Source: Octopus sinensis (taxonomy: Eukaryota). Taken from it: a stretch of DNA of 64,000 bases. Shown one piece after another: positions 54,634 through 64,000 of this stretch (its first letter is position 1; each line of letters opens with the position of its first letter). The position numbers were made by a program, and so were the translations under genes. The DNA lies in the NCBI RefSeq assembly GCF_006345805.1, contig NC_043015.1:2418001-2482000 (forward strand), written 5' to 3'. The notes below the pieces were generated by a model. The model worked only from the letters and a program-made list of their open reading frames with translations. It searched no databases and was not told the DNA's origin.

Positions 54634-55044
54634 TACTCTTTACTCTTTTACTCTTTTACTTGTTTCAGTCATTTGACTGCGGCCATGCTGGAGCACCGCC
54701 TTTAATCGAGCAACTCGACCCCATGACTTATTCTTTTGTAAGCCCAGTACATATTCAATCGGTTTCTTTTGCCGAACCGCTAAGTAACGGGGACGTAAAC
54801 ACACCAGCATCGATTGTCAAGCAATGCTAGGGGGACAAACACAGATACACAAACACACACACGCATATATATACATATATACGACGGGCTTCTTTCTGTT
54901 TCCGTCTACCAAATCCACTCGCAAGACTTTGGTCGACCCGAGGCGATAGTAGAAGACACTTGCCCAAGGTGCTACGCAGTGGAACGGAACCCGGAACCAT
55001 GTGGTTTGTAAACAAGCTACTTACCACACAGCCACTCCTGCGCC
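54634..55044 (-). mobile_element. Full-length young SINE family A
   Basis: Complete head, body and tail; near-identical to 6291-6753. Confidence 0.95.
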
Positions 55045-55524
55045 TACTATTCGTACTTTAATATATATATGAAAATATCAAGTATATTAAAACTTTGGGT
55101 CTGATACATGTGAGGGACATCAGAGTAGGATTTGTTTTTTGTTTTTTTGTTTTTGCCCGCAAGTACCTTTTCTGCAAAAGGTGTAATAAAGTGAAAGTAA
55201 ACGATTAAGAAAAATGCGAAAGTGTTTCAAACGAAATGAGGAAATAAATTAAGACGAAAGGAAAACAAAAGAATAAAAGAAAGACAACTCTAAAAGAAAC
55301 GGAAATTCTCTGAATGGGAGAGGTTGTAAGATGGAAAACATAAGGGGAGACGAAATGGATAACATATAACGGATGCAGTTTTGTTGGAAGCAAAATTATT
55401 TGATATCCCGATGTTGTTTGTAATTTATGAAAGTATAGAATGGAAAGACATTTTAATCAGTAAGTCTTTTAGTCCTGTCATCTCTAGGTAGGAGGTTGCT
55501 GATATTACAAATTTTCTAACGTGA

Positions 55525-55760
55525 AAGCGACGATCTGACGCAAGAATTGCCTTGTCGGGTGAATAGCTTAGTAGTATTTCGGCCGTCTTCACATTCTGAG
55601 TTCCAATTCTATCGAGTTCAAGTTTATTTTCATCTTTTCAGCGTCGATAATATCAATACCAGTCGAGCATTTATTGATAGAGTTGGGAGGTCGATGTAAA
55701 CGCTGAGGTTACTCCTCCTCAAGATTGTTGGCGTTGTGCCAAAATTTGAAGCCAGTATTT
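55525..55760 (+). mobile_element. Diverged SINE family B
   Basis: gcttagtagtatttcggccgtc..ttctgagttccaattc..gtcgataa..taccagt..ttgtgccaaaatttgaa. Confidence 0.65.
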
Positions 55761-55852
55761 TTCTGTTGTTGCTTACAAAGATATATCTCTGTTACGTCCT
55801 TGGAGGTTTGAATATCTCATTCGCCAACGTTATGACAACGTTGGTGTGGAGT

Positions 55853-56015
55853 GGCGCAGGAGTGACTGTGTGGTAAGTAGCTTGTTTACCAGCCACATGG
55901 TTCCGGGTTCAGTCCCACTGCGTGGCAACTTGGGCAAGTTTCTTCTACTATAGCCTCGGGCCGACCAAAGCCTTGTAAGTGGATTTGGTAGATGGAAACT
56001 GAAAGAAGCCCGCCG

Positions 56016-56056
<41 letters not shown>

Positions 56057-56113
56057 CTATAAATAAATATAAGAGAATGGTCACTATGTGGCTCATTCTA
56101 GCACCCTTATTAA

Positions 56114-56157
<44 letters not shown>

Positions 56158-56390
56158 GTGTGTGTGTGTGTGAGTTCGTATGTCTGTGTTTGTCCTCCCA
56201 ACATCGCTTGACATCCGATGCAGGTGTGTTTATGTCCCCATCACTTAGCGGTTGGGCAAAGAGACCGATAGAATAAGTACTGGGCTTACAAAGAAGAATG
56301 AGTCCCGGGGTCGAGTTGCTCGATTAAAGGCGGTGCTCCAGCATGGCCGCAGTCAAAATGACTGAAACAAGTAAAATAGAGTAAAAGAGT
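55853..56390 (+). mobile_element. Full-length SINE family A with a ~50-bp foreign island in its (TA)n tract
   Basis: ggcgcaggagtgactgtgtggtaag..gagtaaaagagt; island ~56060-56115. Confidence 0.95.
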
Positions 56391-56788
56391 ATATACATGG
56401 TAATAAAGGAACTACGTTGAAATCCTCATTCGTATGATTGTTTAAGCTGGAGCTTAACTATTCTCTGTCCATAGCATTTACACAACATTACTTGATTCCA
56501 TTGGGTCATCTTGATACAATTCATAACATATATATCAATGTCGTTGTAGGCATCTAGGTGCATATGCGTGCGGGCCCTTCACACATTTTGTTTTATATTT
56601 GTTTAGATTTCTCTGCTAAATAAAGGGACTGGTTAGTTGATGATGCAACGTACTCTAGAAATGTAAAGGGTTACGACATTTCATTTCAAGCCGCCTTCTA
56701 TAGGTAAATATTTCCCGATTGCATATGAATATCCACATTGCATATGGAAATAATTATCTTATGAAAATCCTTTGCCAGCTCTGCAGAC

Positions 56789-56821
<33 letters not shown>

Positions 56822-56843
56822 ACTTATATATATAACTTATATA

Positions 56844-56978
56844 TATATAACTTATATGCATATACATATGTATAATGACACATATGTATATATATTATAT
56901 ATATATATATATATATATTATATTATATATATATACATATGTGTCATTATACATATGTATATGCATATAAGTTATATA
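56844..56978. repeat. ~50-bp-arm inverted repeat around a (TA)n spacer
   Basis: aacttatatgcatatacatatgtataatgacacatatg / catatgtgtcattatacatatgtatatgcatataagtt. Confidence 0.9.
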
Positions 56979-57000
56979 CTATATCTGTATATATATAATA

Positions 57001-57044
<44 letters not shown>

Positions 57045-57625
57045 GTATATATTATGCATATATACTTATACATATGTATATGTATGTATGTGTATATATA
57101 TATAGCATATAATATCCGTTGGGCATTGTCATTCTGTCTGCAGCGTTTTCACATTTGCCTGCAGTATATTGACGAATATATTCAAGAAATCACTACGAAA
57201 AAAGAATCATATATTGTTTTTTTCTAGATCTTATTGCATGATGTGGAATAATCGCTGTTTAGCAGATTTTTTGTTAAATGCAGTGCAGCGAAAATTGAAA
57301 TATCTAATGCGTTTGTTGTGTAAAACTCTCCGGTTGAAAATAATATCCGTGAATGGAAATATGGAAATAGAATAATTATAATGGTACAAGAATCATCTGG
57401 AAACCTCGCCTCTCGACATATAAACAAATAAAATCAATTCCAATTGTCATCTGTATAAAAAACACAACGCAGAAAAATATGTTAAATCTGAAACGCTATA
57501 TCACTCTTAGGATTTTGCATGTATATACACAGCTATATATCTTTCTAAACTTATTCAAATACACTGTTTACACTGCTGAACATTTAAGTATACATTTGAG
57601 CTCTTCCCCCTTATACGTGTGTTTG

Positions 57626-57683
<58 letters not shown>

Positions 57684-57705
57684 CTATATATATATATATA
57701 TATAT

Positions 57706-57765
<60 letters not shown>

Positions 57766-57840
57766 ATATATAGATATATATACATATGCGTGGTGTGTGT
57801 GTGCGTATGAGTGTTTATATTCATATCTATACATACATAT

Positions 57841-57903
<63 letters not shown>

Positions 57904-58779
57904 TAGATGTATGTGTATCCGCATGTGCGTGTGTGCGTCTGTATAATTGTATGTATGTATATATGCGTGTGTGAGTGCGTGTTTCTTTGTACGTTCAACT
58001 AGAAATCTACTCATGCGCACATACACATATACACTTGTGTTCATGTGAAATACAAGCAGTGATAAAACAATAAAACGCTGCACAAATTACCTGCCGTCAT
58101 ATTTGCACAACGGTATTGTGTGCTTAAAATATTACACTTGCTGTGTATACCATCACATACACACACTCAATGTATGCACCTCCATACTTCCGAATATGTG
58201 TGTGTTTGCGTATGTAAAATATTCGGGGCTGGTTCAATGTTAATCGATTTGTGGTATGAAACGGAGCGTTTAGTTTTCACGTTTTTACATACATTTCCAG
58301 TTGAAGTGTTATAATGTATGGAGCATATCACTCTGCTTCAATATAATTTAATTTTCACAGTGTATACGTATTTCACTATGAACTTGATGTAGCATATGCA
58401 TGACATCTGCATTTAAAAACGGTTTCAGCTACATCAAAGTAAGCAGAACAAACATAATACAATTTGCCATCAGGTTTGTTCCCAATTTATTGCCTCTGGA
58501 TCTAAGTATGCCGATGTAAATTTATTCGTTAGCAAACTATTTTTATGGAAACCCAGAAAGAAATAAAATTATTGCATAAAGATACAGATTTGTAGTGATA
58601 AAAACTTGTTCAAATGCGACCATTCTAAAATTGAATAGCAGGTGTATATGTCCATGCTGATTCACAGAATCGCGCATATAATGGGGATGTGGAAATTCCT
58701 CTGGATAATATTCAAGGCTAAACCAAATCTACGTTTGAGACACGTGTTCAAATTCTTATCCATACCAATTGGTATTTTT

Positions 58780-59196
58780 TATTTCTTTATTGCCCACAAG
58801 GGATGAAACATAGAGGGGACAAACAAGGACAGAGGAATGGATTAAGTCGATCACGTCAACCCCAGTGCGCAAATGGTACTTATTTATTCGACCCCGAAAG
58901 GAGGAAAGGCGAAGTCGACCTCGGCGGAATTTGAACTCAGAACATAGCGGCAGACGAAATACCTATATCTTTGCTACCCACAAGTGGCTAAATACAGAGA
59001 AGACAAACAAGGACAGACAAACGGATTAAGTCGATTATATCGACCCCAGTGCGTAACTGGTACTTATTTAATCGACCCCGAAAGGATGAAAGGTAAAGTC
59101 GACCCCGGCGGGATATGAACGCAGAACGTAGCGGCAGACGAAACACTGCTTAGCATTTCGCCCGGCGTGCTAACGTTTCTGCCAGCGCGCCGCCTT
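58780..59196 (-). mobile_element. SINE family B with two tandem body units
   Basis: Reverse complement of the 35282 type; head ends gtgctaacgtttctgccagcgcgccgcc. Confidence 0.95.
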
Positions 59197-59696
59197 TTAC
59201 CGATTGGTATTTCTGTCTAGCAAATTTCCTGATCGATTGTGAAAAGTCTACATTTTGTATGAGACGATATACTTTGTATGACAGAGAATTTGATTTAAGT
59301 GTCGAATGTGTATATGTGTATGCTGTTTTGTCCTACGTTCTTTATATTTTACATTTGATATATTTAGTTACATATATTACAGGCAGATGGGATTCCTTTA
59401 CCCAGGTGAAGTCATCCCGTTTAGGATAGGGAAACTCTGATATAAAACGAGGTCTTTTACTGCGGCGGCTCTTCTTAACAGTGCTGTGCTATCAGCAACC
59501 TCTAACTCATAGGGTAGACTAGGCTATCCAGCCTGTTTATAGCGGCTTGTCTAGTTGATATAATCCACTGCAGAAGAAGCCTGAGATTAGTTGTTCTTGG
59601 CATTGTGACACGTATGTGCAACATATTCTTGCTATCATCACTTCCAAAAAGTGTGACTGGATCTACACACACAGGCACGCACCCCACCCCCGCACG

Positions 59697-60219
59697 CACA
59701 CACACAAAATTAGTGCCCCAACTTGAGCTTTTGACAGAAAAGTACGTGAAATATTATGAAAAGGAAAGAAAATTGCCATAATTAGGAGGTGATCCATCTT
59801 GCACGGAGATTTTGGAATTACGGTATCGAAAACACGACCGGATGATGTTTTCACACAACCGCAGATAACGATCACCATTCATCGCCTCTCGTTGAACATG
59901 GAATGCACAAATTCCTGAAGATTATATCACCGCCCAAATGACAAAAGAAGGTGATTTATCGTACCTTTCCAAAACAACTTCAGCGTCATCTTCTAATTGA
60001 TAGAAGCACTTATGACAGTTGATGCGACCGGAAGATAGGAAGGTCGCCTCATCAGGGAAAATGAATTGCTGAAAAAGTCTGGAATCCCTGGCTTCTGCCA
60101 GCAATCTCGCATAAAGTTCGACACGTCGAATAATCAATGTCATCTAGCAATCATAAATAAATAACTAATAGACAAAATTTAAACACATAAAGTTGGGGGA
60201 CTAATTTTGGCGTATACTG
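59697..60219 (-). mobile_element. Internally deleted Tc1/mariner-superfamily element with terminal inverted repeats
   Basis: IR caaaattagtgccccaactt (59705) / aagttgggggactaattttg (60190); minus ORF RRVEL..FIFPDEATFLSSGRINCHKC..SPSFVIWAVI (FSDEATF motif) and QDGSPP in a shifted frame. Confidence 0.8.
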
Positions 60220-60332
60220 CTTATATATAGTTATATATTTATGTATGGCTTTATATATTCATGTATCCTACACATGTATCAATGTATGTACCATATTATA
60301 GTTCATACATATTTTATTGTCTCTTCTTACTA

Positions 60333-60396
<64 letters not shown>

Positions 60397-61279
60397 ATAT
60401 ATATGTGTGTATGTATGTATAATGTGTGTGACATTTATATGTGTGTATGTGTGTGCACGGATGATCGTGTGTGTGCGTGTGTCTGTGTGTGTGTGTCTAT
60501 GTATGGTATATCATATCACAATACCTAGTTAGTGCTGAATCTTGAAATTTACTTGTGTCGTTCTTATAAATAAAGGCTAACTCTACCTACAATAAAACAT
60601 TGCTATCGTATATATTTTATTTTATGCATTCTTTGTTACAATACACCTTAAAGCAACTGATATTGAAGTGCACTTCATCTTTTGATCTGATATCCGCTCT
60701 ATCACGAATGATGAGACCAAAAAGAAATAATCTGGTTTAATTCTCAGCTCCTTGATTGTTACAATGATACTGAATAAGAGCCAAAATACATTTCAGCCGT
60801 TTCGACCGTATACAGTTGGCTTTGAGCTTAAAGCAAAATATTATTTTATAGCAAGACTAAATATTCCTTTGTTTTTAGAATTGATTATGCCTCGTTTCTG
60901 TTAATAATAATTCTTCAAATCAATATACCCACAATCTTAAATCTGTGTTACGTGTATTACATACATGTCTGACATTTGGTGTAAATATGTTACTGCGAAT
61001 CAATTTTAAGCGACGCGAGACACTTGTGGTGGTAGGTTATAAAAACAATTACGAGTCGGGCCTATTAATCATTGTTTGGTTTATTATCGAAAGGATAATG
61101 AAAAAATCAATGAAACGAAAACTATCAAAATTTAAGCTGAAATAATATACATACGAATTAACCGTCCTTGAGAACTACATCTCATAAGTTCCTAGTTGTA
61201 TTTCACGTGGATGTCAATACATACCCTTGCCTACCTGGAAGAAATATACCTTTATTCACTTCTATTGATGCACTTTTTA

Positions 61280-62700
61280 ACGTGATTCACTTCCAGAAAC
61301 CACTCTTGCCTGTTTTTTATACGTTCATGTCAAACACTGCTGAAGGGATGCCATTTATACGACAGCAAATCAAGTTTTTATGATATTTGTATGCTTCATT
61401 ATTCTTTGCTAACTGATTTCATTCATGTTCCTTCACTCTACCTCTTCACAAATTATAGATCACGCTGCACGGGGAAAGAGTCGGGCAATGAAGATTACTT
61501 GCATTTAGCCAATGAGAGGATTTCAAAGATTAAGGCTAATAGTCATTCTACCCATCACGTGTTCTGATATAACAGAAGGCTTGTAGTCATTTCACTCGCA
61601 TGGGTAATTTTGCGTTTCGATCTGTAGAATCTTTTGAAGCCGATTCTACCTTGTATTTTTCTATGCAATCTGGTACTTCCAAAATCCCAGAATATAGAAA
61701 CTGTTTCGTCAAAAGTGCTATATGTTGCTATCATTGTTCAGTATTTGCGCTATCAGAGCTACGTTTCTAATACAGATAATTGCCTTTTCGCTAAACACAT
61801 CCTAGGCAAGAGGCGTTTCTTTATACAATAATTGACAATCTACTATAAACCTATAACACCCATCACCTTCCTAATATTTATAACTCTCCTTCCTACTACC
61901 GACCAACTGTATTAATTTCCAGTGTTTAACCAGGGGTCTGCAGCATTCATTGTAGACATCGCATAACTAGCAAAACAGACACCAAAAATATTCCCTTCTG
62001 TAACATGGCGATGGTTGTTTTCTGTTAATTTGTATATAACATTTTTAATTTATCATTTCCAATGAAAATATTTTAGCCTTTAAGTAATTATTTCACCGAC
62101 GTATAACATTCGTTCAAACCTTTCCCCGCTACTTTTTGCCTAGATAACACGGATCCATCTGTTAATGCTTCTGCTTCTAAAAAAAAAAAAAAAGAAGAAA
62201 AAACCAAACATCTTACTACAGGCAAAACAATATTCAGTGTAGCTCACCAATTGATGAACATTAGTGTAAAGCATTTTGAAACCCCTTACTTTCTGATTTA
62301 CATTTTGTATCCAGATATTATAGAGATTTTATATCAAATGTAGCATGAACACCTGCCTTGATGAATTCATTTAAGCCCTTATTATTTTGGCTAGCATATT
62401 CCATCCTTTCCTAGACGCCAGATTACAATATCACTCTCCCATCTAACAGTTCGAAACAGCTTATTCTTTTGATTCCTGTAACCTCACTTCTCTTCTATAT
62501 AAATCATTTCGAGCACTCTTTTTCTTCGTTCTTATCTCCTAAGCTCCAAATCTCACCCAATCTGCTATAATCGCCGTAAATTCATCTACCACATGCTACA
62601 ATAGAATCTATTGTTAAAGGAGTTGGAGACCAATAATTCCATCTGGTTCAATATACAGCTTTCATAGCTGCATATCGAAGCCCCGTTGACTATTGACTAG
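61280..62700 (-). mobile_element. Very degenerate LINE fossil, possibly RTE clade
   Basis: Only weak residual words (KNRQEW at the 3' end, RT-like region ~62560-62650); no long ORF; boundaries and clade uncertain. Confidence 0.35.
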
Positions 62701-64000
62701 GCTATCGATCTGCTCACATGCAAAGCTCTATCAATATTCCTTTTTATTTTTTTACCATCGCCTGATATCCTATAGCTTTATTTCTGGGAATGCTCATCCG
62801 GAACTTCAGTTCCCTTTTATCACATTTTGCCACTTCTCAAATCTTCTCTAATACGTGTTTTCCTTGTGTTATAAACTACAGTTACGGATCGTTTAGCCCA
62901 TGCATCATTCATCCCTTACTAAATTCTATTTCGATATCATAGATGTATCCTTTCCCTAGCTGAATCTAATACAACATCTAAAATTATTTACGCTCAAAGG
63001 AACAAACTCATCTTTCTATCGCACTATTCGTATCCATGAGGAGAGTGAGAAGATTATTTATAGCTCAAAAGTTAACGCTACTGTGTGTTGTATATTGGCA
63101 ACACATTCGGTAACTACCCTGTTGCTTTTGATGTCCGAGGCAACACCATAAAAACCTTCCTTTGTAACGTATATTACCCTATAGCGCAAGGTTTATCTAT
63201 GCCTCAATGTTTACTCTACTACAAAAACAATCTTGTTTGTACTGTGAGTAGGGATTTTGTAAACGGAGCAAGGGAGTCTATCCACGGTTCCTAAATTATA
63301 CATTTTTCCTATATAATACATGTCATATACATTTTATCTTATTCATTTGCTTTCCAAGATCGGTTACCTCCTCTTATGCGCAGCTTTACTATTTTCAATG
63401 ACGTATATTTATAAGCACTACATATCTGCAGCACGCATATCTACATTCCAAAACAGAAGGTAACATAGATGATTCATTATATAAGCACACACAAAAAATC
63501 GTCGTACCTATCCTGCACTTTTATTTTCGTTCGAAAATTCCGTTTCATACAAGCCTATTATACCGATTTATATTTTTGTTTCACCATGTGGTTTTGAATA
63601 TAACAATATCATTACTGATAATATCATAGGTCCAGCTTCTCACCTTTAATGAAGCGGAAAAAAAACCAAAGTCCGAAACGTTTCAATCTAAATTGTTTCT
63701 TCTTCACAATATAAATATATACATTACACTGTTTTTAGTTGTTTGGTGGATTTGTATTTTGTCTTTTTCATTTCTCTCAGACTGTTTGGATACTTGATTA
63801 CATTACCATATTCGAAAGGAAGCTTACTTCGATTATAGTTGTATATTCAAATTTAAGCATCGCGGCGTTTGTCAGTAAATGATTCTGCTCGAGATCAAAT
63901 AGTGTTAATTAATAGCTAGATTGAAGAGAAACTTTTGAGGAGTAGTTATAAACTATTAATAATTTATTCCGTTGTTAGTTTATGAGAAAACAGATGCAAA

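Noticed and set aside
59380-59660. Possible RTE-type 5' UTR or SINE fragment
   Set aside because: Only a recalled resemblance (ggaaactctgatataaaac); no second copy or coding support in the window

Overview
AT-rich, repeat-saturated animal genomic DNA, intergenic or deep intronic. The SINE families resemble octopus repeats as I recall them, so a cephalopod origin is an inference, not something the sequence proves. No intact protein-coding gene is supported: most listed ORFs are read-throughs of (TA)n/(CA)n/(AAT)n microsatellites or pieces of decayed transposons. The window holds three tRNA-headed SINE families (~16 copies) and fossil mariner, Tc1-like and Chapaev3-like DNA transposons. It also holds R4/Dong, CR1/L2, L1/Tx1 and RTE-like LINE fragments, a Penelope-like element (RT + GIY-YIG) and several inverted repeats. 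The most notable signal is non-coding: a set of type I hammerhead ribozyme (HHR) motifs. Four have near-complete folds (53232-53315 +, 53667-53742 -, 40201-40283 +, 36194-36239 -) and several more are decayed. They sit in short Penelope-LTR or retrozyme-like units, mostly inserted in (TA)n tracts. One unit is a 455-bp terminally redundant monomer and another is a tRNA-headed SINE-like element ending in an HHR. All folds were derived by eye and need computational and biochemical confirmation.
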